From Octopus sinensis (taxonomy: Eukaryota), in NCBI RefSeq assembly GCF_006345805.1, contig NC_042999.1, positions 162,812,001 through 162,876,000 of the forward strand: 64,000 bases of DNA, read 5' to 3'. Shown here one piece after another: positions 1 to 11,559 of the stretch. Under the pieces are notes generated by a model, which saw only the letters and a list, made by a program, of their open reading frames with translations, had not been told where the DNA came from and ran no database searches. Position numbers and translations under genes: made by a program. Positions within the stretch are counted from its first letter, which is position 1. Each line of letters opens with the position of its first letter.

Positions 1-321
1 CTGCTGGAAAGCTGTACACATCTGCTCAGAAACAAGTAGTATGCATCAATCCTGATCCGTCAAAGACTTGATTGTGGTTTTCTTTCCACGTCATGTCACT
101 ACTGTTTGGGCCTATCGGATTGCTTTAGTTCCTTCATGTTTTAGCTCATGGGCATTAGTACTGACAATGCACCCTTAGTGTTGTGCCTGAAAGAAATGAT
201 CAAGGGCCATTCTCACTGTTGAGATGGAAAGAAAGAAGAAAAAAGAAGCATAAAAGTTCATGGTTTAACTTTCCAAAGTTATAAAAACAAGAGCATGAAT
301 CCTTAGGTGCAATCCTGCGTA

Positions 322-462
322 GGACTTATGCTCATGGATCTATGCAGGGTTGCACCTAAGGACTTACGCTCATGGATCTATGCAGGATTGCACCTAAGGA
401 CTTACGCTCATGGATCTATGCAGGATTGCACCTAAGGACTTACGCTCATGGATCTATGCAGG
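322..462. repeat. 38-bp tandem repeat (about 3.5 copies) abutting an inverted copy of the same Penelope-associated sequence (about 225-321)
   Basis: Unit gcaggattgcacctaaggacttacgctcatggatctat is repeated. ccttaggtgcaatcctgc at about 301-318 is its reverse complement. The same family occurs at 10,272-10,591. Confidence 0.8.
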
Positions 463-1090
463 TAGCAGTTTATGTCCCAACAGGGGCTGGAAGGCCAGAT
501 TTTTTCAGACATCTAGAAACATTCTTGGGAACGTCTTGCACGTTAGGACTAGTGGGGGACTAGCATAGTATTTTGGGCGCATGGAAGGACTGTGTGAGTT
601 TAGTACATAGTAGAAGGGAGTATAAAAGCCTTGGAACTTGCTCAGAACTTTCCAGCTTTCTGACAGGTACCAACTGGATTTCCCTGGTGTGCCAGTATGG
701 CCAATGAGCAACCACAGCAAGTCATGCAGATCGTATTTAGATAAAATACTTGGTAGGTTAGAGGATAGGGATAGCATAGGTTGTCCACAATTTAAATTGG
801 TTGGCTACACAAATCACAAATTTGTGATATTCTGAGTTGATTTAGATAGGACCCGGTTATTGGAAGTTGAATGTGTCCTTTCTAGCTCACAAAGACTACA
901 GGGACCAGATTAGTGAACTAGTCAAGCGGCAGTTGATGGAAGCTATTGTCAACAACTGGTAGTGGATTGCTCTGAAGAGAACAATTACAGTAGAATTGAT
1001 AGTGTTTAGTAAAGATTTAGCAGTAGAAATAAATAGATTAGAGGGAGAACTAATTAACAAACTAGAAGAGGCTATTAGTAAAGGCATCAT
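455..1090 (+). mobile_element. Tx1/L1-like LINE ORF2 fragment (APE endonuclease region), degenerate
   Basis: VAVYVPTGAGRPDFFRHLETFLGTSCTLGLVGD and the downstream PGYWKLN motif; homologous to the minus-strand copy at 1,100-2,800. Confidence 0.75.
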
Positions 1091-1099
1091 GACATCAAT

Positions 1100-3340
1100 C
1101 TAACTGCAGAAAACCAGTCCAAAACGGCCCGCCAGATATTGATGGTCAACGTTATCAAAGGCTTTTAACTGATCTAAATTGATGAGAGCCCCTCCCATGC
1201 CAGGTTTCTTAACCACCCTATCCACGATGTAGTACATGAGGTGAAGATTATCGTGGATTGACCTGTTTGGGATGGCACATGTTTGTGCATCCCCAACTAG
1301 TTTCTTGACGACTAGTACCAACCTCTCACTAACACTTTGGCCAAAACTTTCATGTCTGCATTAAGCAGAGGGATGGGCCTAAAATTATCTAAAACCTCTC
1401 CCTTGTTTGGATCCTTTCTCAGTAGTAGCACTGTTCCTTGGCTCACAGATTTGGTAACTTCCTCATTCTGTTGCCAGTTGCAGTAGATATCTGCCAAGAG
1501 GCCTGCAAATGAGTCTGGCATACTAGAATAAAGCCTGTAGAGCAGACCGTCTAATCTCAGCGATTTGCTACCTGTGCAGCCCATTATCTCATCCCACATT
1601 TCCTCAATTGTCATCAGCTTTTTGCAACACACTGCATCTCTTGCTGAGAGTTGTGACAGGCCATCGAGATAGGCAGTGAAATCCATCCTGCATTCTGGCC
1701 CACCGTTCGTCCTGAACAATTCTGCAAAATGCTACTGAAAAGCCACACACATCTGCTCCAGCTCATTCACCATGTGTCCATTCTGGTCCCCCAAAGACTG
1801 AATGGTGTTTTTGTTGCCATTTTGTGGTTCAGCCACCTGAGCCCATCGGGCAGCTTTGGTTCCCTCTTGTCTCAGAGCATGTGCCTTAGCTCTAACAATA
1901 CAACCTTCATGCTTGACGTTGAAGTATTCATTGAGGGCTAACCTCACTGCCAGCACATCAGCTACAATGCCTTTCCTAAGCACCTCTTCTAACTTTCTCA
2001 CTAAATCATCCTGTATTCTATTTCTTTCTACAGCTAAAACTTTGCTAAATCTAACCGATTCTACTTTGATGCCCCTTTTTAGGTTATACCACCATTTATT
2101 GTTGATGATTGCCCCCATCAAAGCTTTCTGAACTAACTCTTTAATCTGGTCTCTGTAAGCTTGGCATGCCAGGAGTGACTTATTCAGCTTCCAGTAGCCG
2201 GGGCCCTGTCTATGTATGCTATCTAAGTTGAACTTACAGGTCACCAATTTATGATCTGTATAGCTGACGATTTGAAACTGTGGACAAATAATACTATCCT
2301 TATCTAAATACTTGCAAAATACTCTATCTGGGTACAATCTGGATGTTCCGATGCAGTTTGCCCATGTCCACATTGGCACATTTGGGAAATCCAGTCAGTA
2401 CCTGTCAGACAGTTGAAAATGTCTGAGCAAGTTTGCGAGGCTTTTGCAACCCCCTTTCCTATCGGCTAGCCCCACACAATCCAATTGTGCATCTAAAATG
2501 GTGTTGAAATTACCCACTAACACTACAGATAGGGATGTGCCCGGAAAGACCTCCAAATGCCAGAAATAGTCTGGCTGTCCTGCACCTGTCAGTGCATAAA
2601 CAGCCACCAGTCTGAAGGCCCCGCTGTTACTACCATTAATGTCCAGAACCACCAGCTTACCTTCGGGGTTCAAGAAGACTTACCTTATTTTGAGATCCAG
2701 ACCTTTCTGAAACAGTACTCCCAGGATCATTCCCCACCTACATGGAGATGCATAGATCTTGTAGTCATCAAAAATGGGTTTGAAAGCTTGCAGTTCAGCT
2801 AGTCTGGATTCAGTAATAGCTATTACATCTCGTAACCTGAGGTCGTTGAGTAGGTGCTCTTGAGTCCAGTTTGCTGGACATTGTTGTAGAGCTGAAAAAG
2901 AGGTAATTTCTACTCTCCTCCTCTGGAAGCCATCTACTCACAATACCAGAGGGCGACACTCTCCTACCCTGATGTAATCTCCTGTCCAACAGTGATTGCA
3001 TCATCCATACTCTCAACAATGCGCCCTTAAATATGGTTTCTGATTACAAATATCTTGGGTCATACATATCATCATCTGGAAAAGATTTTCTAACTAGAAA
3101 GGGTATGGCCTGGTCAGCCTGTAATGACATGCATAAGATCTGGTCATCAAATCTAAGTAGAGACTTCAAACTTGAAATCTTCAAAGCCACAGTCAAACCA
3201 ATTCTACTATATGGCTCAGAAACCTGGCATAGCATGGTAAATTCCATTGTCTCAACCACGGTCGACCAACAATGATGATGATGATTCCAAGGGGACCCCA
3301 GGCCACGTATATTTATGCAACGTATTTTGAGTATGACCAT
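1100..3340 (-). mobile_element. Tx1/L1-like LINE ORF2 (endonuclease + reverse transcriptase), frameshifted; start interrupted by an RTE-type insertion
   Basis: ORF2 start MVILKIRCINIRGLGS at 3,340; RLVAVY...VLVGNFNTILD; GPGYWKLNKSLL; RT motifs NFRPIPLLNADMKVLAKVL and LINLDQLKAFDNVDH. Confidence 0.85.
2825..3288 (+). mobile_element. RTE/RTEX-like LINE 3' fragment, internally rearranged, with (GAT)n tail
   Basis: DYKYLGSYI...KATVKPILLYGSETW then HSMVNSIVSTTVDQQ and a gatgatgat tail. The RVQFAGHC segment lies out of order at about 2,860-2,980. Same family as 14,635 and 19,850. Confidence 0.75.
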
Positions 3341-3627
3341 TTAAGTGGCTGGTAAGGAGAAAAAGGAAAGGACAACTTACCATTTGCACTATGGAGTGGG
3401 AGTGTGGCAGATGTCCCACTCCTTAAGTGGGATGTGGTGGTCCCCATAACCAAGAATCTCCAGGACACTTTTGTGTTGAAGCCTGCAACTGCCTGGAAAA
3501 ATTTGGATTTTATGTTGTTGTATGTATGTTGCGATGTTCAAAGTATCTGTATGTGTGGTAGCAGTGTGTTATCCACGGGGGAAACAAAATCAGTCATTTT
3601 GATGTCTGTATTTTACTTTATAATGTA

Positions 3628-4021
3628 CTAGCAGTATCGCCCAGCGTTGCTCGGGTTTGTAAGGGAAATAACTATATAAGCATTTTTAGAGATGTAAAGT
3701 ATAATAGCCATCTCAATATGGCTAACCACAAGGGGGGGGGGGGTACTGTAGCTTTTTATGTTCTGAGATTTAATAATAAATTTTTAGAGAGTTACTTCCC
3801 TTATATATGCCAAAAATGCATTAAAAATGGGAAAAATTGATGTAAATTATTTTTTAAATCGTAGACTCATCGTAGACGTGCGCTAATACCCAGAAGGGCT
3901 CGATATGAATCACGACTATAAGATACCCGGTTTTGGTTAAACTGCACCGCAAAATGTGGGAGTAGTTAGGAATCTAAATCGTAGGAGACAGACAGCACAC
4001 AACCTCACTTTTATATAAAGA
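3628..4021 (-). mobile_element. Non-autonomous Helitron (about 394 bp)
   Basis: On the minus strand it begins 5'-TC(tttatat) and ends with a GC-rich hairpin (cccgagcaacgctgggcg) plus CTAG; inserted between A and T; five related copies in the window. Confidence 0.85.
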
Positions 4022-4029
4022 TAGTAAGT

Positions 4030-5580
4030 TTGTGCTGTCTGTGTTTATGGCTGTGAGTTTTGTGGTGTTTTTGTTGTTTTCGATTACTTTATATGTTGAC
4101 TCTGTTGTGCCTTGTACTGTTGGCTGTGTCTATGGTGTTGGTAGTGGTGGTGTTGGCGAAGGTGTTGAAAACATGGTGGATGCTGGTGTGTTGTTGCTGT
4201 TGTTATTTTGGGGTGATTTTCATTGCTTTTTTTGGCAGGTGCAGCTTCTTTATTTATTGGTATACTGTTGTGCCTTTTTCTTAGTCTTTTACATGTGACT
4301 TCTGTCCACTCAGTTCTGTCAGCCTCTCCACATGACATGTCTGAGTGGTCAGAGTCAGGAAGGGGTAGTTCCAGCAGGTTGAAATTTGCTGATGTTTTTT
4401 GTTCCTCTGGCAAGAGCTGCATTGTTGGTGTTTTTGTAGGCGATGTGGTAGTGGTTGTTATCTGTGCCTCTGTTGTTGTTGGTATTGTTGTCTCTCATGT
4501 AGTTGTTGTTGTTGGTGGTGGTGGTGGTGATGGTGGTGGTATTTTGGCTGGATCCCTCTCTGACTTCTTTTCTTGGGGTTTCTTCTCTTGTTTTTGCTGC
4601 TTCTGTAGTTGGGGTTGCTTCAGTTGTTGTGGTGTGGGTGGTGCTTGTATCAAGGGAGTAGTGCACTCCTTCTGTCTTAGTTGTGGGAAGAAGGCTTTCA
4701 GGTGGTTATTCTGTCTGCATTGATAACATCTTGGCCTTCTGCCCACAAGTTTGATGTGCCATCTGGAAGGCTGAGTTAGTTAGGAATTTGTTCCAAAATG
4801 TCTTGTTTTATTTGAACCATTATTTGCAATTCCTGACCAGTCCAGTTGTTTTTTCCTTGTTTCTCAACTTGGATGATTCTGATTTTATCTTCCAAGTCAA
4901 GGAGAATGGCTGCAACAATCCAGCAAGCATTCATTTCTGGTGGTATCATCAGTATGTTTATCTTGGTGACACACCGTCCCAAGTATGTTGGAACTAGGAC
5001 GAGCTCACTGTTTCTCAGCTGGGCTGTTGAGTGCTGTTTTGCTACATCTTCTGTAGCAAATCTGACTTCAGCTGTGCCATATTTCTTACCCCTCAACAGA
5101 TATGTTACTTCATTCCAAATTGTTGCAAGCAGTTGAAAAATGCTTGCTTTGTGGCAGTTTCTAAAACTCTATTTTTTTAAAGATATAGTTTTGTATACTA
5201 TGGTACGTTTGTTTGTTTGTATTGTCTATAATATCTGTAGGTGTGTTTATCAAAACACATCTTTCACTTTTTCTTTTTAACATGTTTCTGTAGTCTTTGA
5301 GAGTTTCTACAGAAACATTAATGAATTCATTTCTAAGTTTTGCCATTGAAGCAACAGCTCGACTGTTTAATGCATTGGGTTGTTGTTGTTGTTGTTGCTG
5401 AGTGTTCAATGTGTTAGTGTTAGTGGTGGTCGTGGGATGGCTTGGATTTACAGGTGTTGTGATGCTAGCAGCATCCTCAATCTCCAAATACCCTAAATAA
5501 CATTGTGGTTTACATTTGAACAAGACAGTTATAGAGCAAATAATTATGGTGGATGTTTTGGCAGAGGTGAATGCCAAGGA
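4030..5580 (-). mobile_element. ORF1 (gag-like, zinc knuckle) of the Tx1-like LINE, frameshifted
   Basis: GRRPRCYQCRQNNHLKAF (degenerate CCHC knuckle), an RRM-like KYGTAEVRFATEDVAK segment and Q/P/T-rich linkers; lies directly upstream of ORF2 on the same strand. Confidence 0.6.
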
Positions 5581-5934
5581 TTTCTGAAGCTATGACTACT
5601 ATCTCTATTTACTACTACCATTACTACCAGTTCTATTACTACTGTCACAACTTCTAATAACAATTTCTCACATAGGTACAAGACCAGAAATTGTTATCAG
5701 GAGATGGGTAGATAAAACGTAATTAGATCAAGGATAAAACTTGACTGCTACTTATTTTATCAACCCTGGAAAAATGAAAGAGAAACTCAATGTTTATAGG
5801 ATTTGAATTTGAACTGTAATGGTTCATAATAATAATGACAATAATAATCGTACCACTAATCTGACTGTTAATTTTGAGTACAACCAACAACACCCCTACT
5901 ACTAATACTGTTGTCATTATTAGTACTATTCTAA

Positions 5935-6345
5935 ACACTTAGCAGCATTTCATCCGTCTGCATATCCTGAGTTCAAATACTGCCAAGGTTAACTTTGCCT
6001 TTCGTCCTTTTGGGGTTTGATAAAATAAGTACCAGTTGAGTACTGGGGTTGATGTAATTGACTTCCCCCTTCCCCCAAATTCAGGCTTTGTGCCTATAGT
6101 AGAAAAGATTATTAGTATTATTCTTCAGGCAGCAAGCTGCCAGAATTGTTAGCACACCAGACAAAATGCTTAGTGGCATTTCGTCTGTCTTTATGTTCTG
6201 AGTTCAAATTCTATTGAGATCAACTTTGCCTTTCAGTCTTTCAGAGTCAATAAAATAAGTACCAGCTGAGTACTGGGATCGATGTAATCAATTTACCCCC
6301 TCCCCCAAAGTTGCCAACCTTGTGCCAAAATTTGAAATTATTATT
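5935..6345 (+). mobile_element. Two tandem diverged SINE copies (gagttcaaat...aaataagtaccag...tactgggg family)
   Basis: Both about 5,945-6,120 and about 6,128-6,345 carry a B-box-like gagttcaaat and the shared tail taaaataagtaccagYtgagtactggg. Confidence 0.65.
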
Positions 6346-6450
6346 AGTGTTATTCTTACTCTTCTTTTTTTCATCATTAAGGTAGTGAGCCCGCCAAATG
6401 GAAATGTAAAGACAGATGAAATGCTGTAAAACATTTCATGTTTTTACATT

Positions 6451-8640
6451 TGTTGTGATGAAAGTTATGACACCCCTTTGCAAGAGATAGACTGGTTCAG
6501 AGTTCAGAGTTCAAGGTTCAGAGTTCAGAGTCAACTGAAGTTCATGTTAGTTCACAATGAAGTCATAAGGTGTCAGCTGGTTAGTTCACAAGGAATATTG
6601 ATTGTTGGTTCATAAAGAGATTTGTTAGTTTGTTACATTGTTTTTACTGTTGTCTGTCTTATTTATTGTACATAGCAAATCACATTACATCTGGTGATGA
6701 GGGTTTCAAAGCTCACATAGGTTATTTGACAATTTGTTTATGATACAACTTGTTAAATAATGAAAGACCTATTAGCTTCACAACAAGAGAAGCAACTATT
6801 AAAGCAACAACAATTATTGGAGCTACATTCAAAGAAGTCCAAAAATGATGTAAGTTGATTTTTGCCAGATGGTGTTTCACACTCAATTAATGAATTCAGT
6901 TATAACTTAGATGAAGGTATAACTTTTGCATCATACTACAGAAGGTACAAAGAGATTTTTAAGCAAACAATGGTTGGACCTCCCTATAAATCTCTATTGT
7001 AAAAAAGTAAATGGTTGTCCCTCTAAAAATAATTCATCTGAAGAGTTAAAGATAAAGTTTTTTTAAATGTTTCCGCAAATACTCTCAGACAAAGTAGGTC
7101 TATGCACAAAGACTGAAATGCGTTTTGAATTAGATTATAACATTACACCTGTGGTGTTCAAGCCTAATTAAGAAAGTGCCTTTTTTGGCAAGCAAGTGGA
7201 TGATGAGTTGGACAGATGGAAAAAAATGGAATCATTGAAAAAGTGGATTATGCGAAATTGGCAGCTCTGACTATCTGTATGAAAAAGAAAAATAACAAAA
7301 TTAGGTTGTGTGCTGATTTTTTGACCAGTTTAAATGACTGTTCAAACATGAACCATTATCCACTACTGACTCCAGAAGATATTTTTACAAAACTAAATGG
7401 AGAAAAAACATTTTCAAAACTCAATCTGTCTGATGCATATCTACAAATCAAAGTAGATAAAAAATGCTCAAAGCTGTAAATGGTCAACATATGCACAGAG
7501 GTCTATACAAATACAATAAACTACTTTTTGGACTGAAGGTAGCATCTGCAATATTTCAACAGGTGATGGATGCAGCGTTGGCAGACTGTCAATTTGCTAC
7601 TCCTTACCTTGATGATGTATTAATCAAAAGCAAATCACGGAATAAGCATATTGAACATGTGAAGTGTGTCTTTAAAAAAATTAAGGATTACAGTTTCACA
7701 TTCAGTGAAGAGAAATGTGAAATTTTTTACCTAAAATTAAATACCTAGGTCAAACCATAGATAAGAATGAAAGATGTCCTGACCTGTTGAGAGCAGATGC
7801 AATCAAGAATATGCCTCCTCCAATGACTATACCGACATTACAAGCTTTTCTTGGCCTAGCAAATTATTATCAACAGTACATTCCAAATATACATAAATTG
7901 AGAGCACCATTAAACGATTTACAAAAAAAAAAAAGTAAAATGGAATTGGTCAGTAAAGGACCAAAACACATTTGAAGACATAAAGAAAATACTAATTTCT
8001 GACTTGTCACTGGTGCATTTCAATCATAGAATGGACATTGTTGTAATGTCTGTTGTTTCGGAGTATGGAATAGGAGCAGTCTTGCTACACAAGCATAAAG
8101 ATGGAAATACGAAGCCAGAAGTTCATGCTTCACATTTGTTGATAGCAGCGGAAACAAGTATTGTCAGATAGAGAAGGAGGCTCTATCGATTATTTTTACA
8201 GTAAAAAAATTTTACAAATTTCTGCATAGTAGTATTTTTTTGTTACAAACCGACCATTACTATCAATTTTTGGATCAAAGAAGGGATTGCCTACTCATTG
8301 AACAAACTGACAACAATGCTAGGGTAGAGTATTACTGAACTACAATTTTAAGATGCAGTATATTCCGTTGAATTAAATTGATCATGGAGACTGCTTATCA
8401 AGGCTAATTCCCAAGAGTGTGGAACCACTAGAAGAGACTGTGATAGCTCCATTGCAGTCAGAAAATGAAGTAAGAAGTATTGAGTGTAATATAATTCAGA
8501 AACTGCCGGTGACAGTGCATGATATAAAAAGGAAATCTGTAGAGAATAGTTACATTACAAGAATGAAAGAAACATTGAAAAAAAAGCATAATAAACATAC
8601 AAATTCAAATAATTTCTCACTATGTAACAAGTATTGCAAC
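6451..8640 (+). mobile_element. Ty3/Gypsy (Mag-like) LTR retrotransposon remnant: 5' LTR, PBS, gag, RT and RNase H fragments
   Basis: LTR TGT...ACA at 6,451-6,689; PBS tggtgatgagg at 6,692-6,702 (CpG-decayed tRNA-Ser type TGGCGACGAGG); gag NEFSYNLDEGITFASYYRRY; RT IRLCADF, DAYLQI, YLDDVLI; RNase H EKEALSIIF. Confidence 0.8.
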
Positions 8641-8704
8641 AAACATTAAGGCAAGGTAAGCATCACAAGCCGTATATAATATTATTATCAGAAAAAATTG
8701 AAAA

Positions 8705-8758
8705 TCTTACAGCTGTTTCTGGGATATCCCCGAGGATGGGATATTCCATCATCAGAGA
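8705..8758 (-). ncRNA. Type I hammerhead ribozyme motif (family 1) in a Penelope-like pLTR remnant
   Basis: Minus strand: UCU-CUGAUGA-stem II with 10 of 11 pairs-GAAA-CAGCUG-UA-AGA; intact core, GUA cleavage triplet, palindromic stem III. Confidence 0.75.
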
Positions 8759-9820
8759 CAAATGGGGAAAATGAGAATCTCTTATGATAAAAGGCAGATT
8801 TTCTCTGCCTGTTCCCATGTTTCTTTTTAATACAATTCTATAATATAGAATTTCTTCAATTGGAATTTACCTATGATTTTTCCAAGTAGATTCGATTGGG
8901 TCATGGCATGTAAAGTTTTTTTCAATTTGACTCCCAATTAAGCAAAAATTCAAGAAAACTCAATATTTTACAATTTGCCTCTCTCATTTCAAGTGGTTTA
9001 CTCCTGCTATTACCACCACACTTTCTCCTACTTTGTCTCTTTGCAAGTGTGAAACTATTAAAGTGAAAGTATTATATAACAGGGATGAGCCATTAATAGT
9101 GGTCATCCTTTTTGCTAGAGGAAGATCCGCTATGGTCTTATATGCTACACCACTGGTTTTCAATTCATATTAATCAAATTAATATTCAATTTTTCACCCT
9201 TATTATGTGTGTGTGTATTAGCAATTCATATAAAATTGCATCAATGACTTGAACTTGAATAAGTGGTTTCACATAAATGGGGATAAATTAAAAAGGTTTG
9301 TTGTTATTATTATTACTGTTTGACTATTGTAATCACGTTTATTGGTTCCTCGTCAGGGAAACGTTGTTGTGTTGCATTTGTTAAATAATTGTAAACCGTA
9401 ACCCTCCCCCTTTCAAAGAAGAGTCTTTGGTTATTGTTTAAAAATTGAATTGTGTCCCTGTTTGGGGAAATTGACAATATTTTCACCGTCTTTACGGAAG
9501 CATTTTTGTTAAAATGCCTTCGATCGAAGAAAGTCTAAAAATGAATTTCGCTGCAGCCGTACACTTCTATACAAGAGGGGGGACAAGATCCAATTGATCG
9601 AAATTGCAAGAGACGGGCCTACAATTCCAGTCTGTTATATATTTTGAGTATTGTTATCACTAGCGATATCAAGATATAACTTTGTATTTTGTATTTTATG
9701 TGTAGATGTATATATATAGATGTACATGTAATATGTACACATATATATACACATATATACATGCATAATATATCTACCCATACACACATACGCACACACA
9801 CACACACACACACACATACA

Positions 9821-9960
9821 TAGGAGCAGGTGTGGCTGTGTGGTAACAAACTACGTTCCAAACACATGGTCCTGGGTTCAGTCCCACTGTGTGGTGACTT
9901 GGCATGTGTCTTCTGCTGTAGTTTCAGACCAACAAAAGCCTTCTCAGTGGATTTTGTACA
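9821..9960 (+). mobile_element. tRNA-derived SINE (family A) 5' part
   Basis: gtggctgtgtggtaa A-box and gggttcagtccc B-box; matches the full copies at 27.5 kb and 38.7 kb. Confidence 0.7.
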
Positions 9961-10242
9961 TATATACAGGCATACATACATATATATACATGCATACGTA
10001 CATATTCGGCATAAACACTCCACGACTATCAAATTCTTACAATTATGAGAACAATAACATGGCTCTTTTCAAGGCAACCTCACATTCAATTCTTACACCA
10101 TTCTACGAGGGGGTAGGAACCCCTTTACACGGCTTTCTATACACTTACAAATACATTCATTCGCCGTAAACTTATATCAATATTTGCCTGAATAATCATC
10201 ATAATTCAGTGCAATCATTAACAGTACTTTCAAGCAATTCAG

Positions 10243-10271
10243 CCCCGAGCATCGCCGGGCAATTCTGCTAG
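10243..10271 (+). mobile_element. Helitron 3' terminus (hairpin + CTAG)
   Basis: ccccgagcatcgccgggc-aattctg-CTAG followed by T; the 5' end was not located. Confidence 0.5.
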
Positions 10272-10591
10272 TGGTATATAAATGATATGACAACATACAG
10301 GAAGGGAGTAAAAGAATAAGGAGATGGAAAGAGAGAAGGAAAAAGAAGCATAAAAGTTCATAGTCCAACTTTCCAAAGTTATAGAAACAAGAGCATGAGT
10401 CCTTAGGTGCAACCCTGCATAGATCCATGAGTGTAAGTCTTATGCAGGATTGCACCTGAGGACTCATGCTCTTGTTTCTATAACTTTGGAAAGTTGGACT
10501 ATGAACTTTTATGCTTCTTTTTTCTTCTCTCTTTCCATCTCCTTATTCTTTTACTCCTTCCTCTATGTTGTCATCTTATTGGTATATACCA
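10272..10591. repeat. Fold-back inverted repeat, arms of about 150 bp, loop of about 19 nt, made of Penelope-associated sequence
   Basis: 10,272-10,421 is the near reverse complement of 10,441-10,591; it lies immediately upstream of the hammerhead at 10,622. Confidence 0.85.
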
Positions 10592-10621
10592 TTCTCATTT
10601 TCCCTATTGTTTCCCTATTTG

Positions 10622-10675
10622 TCTCTGATGACGGAATATCCCATACTTGGGGATATCCCAGAAACAGCTGTAAGA
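10622..10675 (+). ncRNA. Type I hammerhead ribozyme motif (family 1)
   Basis: tct-CTGATGA-cggaatatccc atacttg gggatatccca-GAAA-CAGCTG-TA-aga; 10,590-10,740 is the reverse complement of about 8,640-8,780. Confidence 0.75.
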
Positions 10676-10870
10676 TTTTCCATTTTTTCCAATAATAATA
10701 TTGTATATGACTTGAGATGCTTGCCTTGCCTTAACGTTTGCTGTCCTGTTTAACAGTTATATATATATATATATATATATATATCAATAATAATAGTGAT
10801 TGTTTCTTGTCAGGAACAAAATGTTTAATAGGACTGCTATAGAAGTGCTCAAGTAAATGAGACGAGTATA

Positions 10871-11552
10871 ACAAACTTTGGTCGTAGAACAAACAACAGA
10901 TATAAGGTCATCCACCTAACATATCACATCTCGAATATTTAATCACAGAATGCTTTTTCTTACATATAGAACACAGATGCATAAAATCACAGGAGATGAA
11001 ACATAATTCATTTAGACAAGCATATAAGAGAAATGTGTGAGTACAGTCTATTGCGATTAAAAATAATAGTTAATACTTTAGCGACTAAAAAAAAGAAAGA
11101 AAATTTTTTTAAACATTAAAACATCTAGGATAATAAATATATAAAAATATAAAAATACATATATAACCCATGCTAGCATGGAGAACGGACGTTAAACGAC
11201 GATGATGATGATGATGATGATGATAGGAAACATATAAGTAGATAATATATAAGATAAGATAAAAGTTCATTGATTAGAAATATTTTCAATTAAAAATTAC
11301 TTTTTAAGATAAGGGGAAATGTTTATAATGTTTAAAAAAAGTTTTTTTCTTTTTTTTTTAGTTGCTAAAGTATTAATTATTAATTTTTAATCACGATAGA
11401 CTATACTCACACATTTTTCTTATATGCTTGTCTAAATGAGCTATGCATCTGTGTTCTATATGTAAGAAAAAGCATTATGTGATAAAATGTTCGAGATGTG
11501 ATATGTTAGGTGGATGACCTTATATTTGTTGTTTGTTCTACGACCAAAGTTT
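10871..11552. repeat. Imperfect inverted repeat (arms of about 230-250 bp), possible MITE; the spacer holds an RTE 3' tail
   Basis: acaaactttggtcgtagaac... is complementary to ...gttctacgaccaaagttt; spacer cccatgctagcatggagaacggacgttaaac(gat)n. Confidence 0.7.
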
Positions 11553-11559
11553 ACTATAT

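Noticed and set aside
9077-9620. Possible Tc1/mariner remnant
   Set aside because: Only a TA-CAGGG start and a short unrecognised peptide; no matching second TIR or DDE motif was found.
9619-10032. ORFs across (CA)n/(TA)n/(TACA)n tracts (for example 9.6, 14.2, 17.3, 26.4 and 35.0 kb)
   Set aside because: Microsatellite translations (CVCV, HTHT, YIHT) with no coding evidence.
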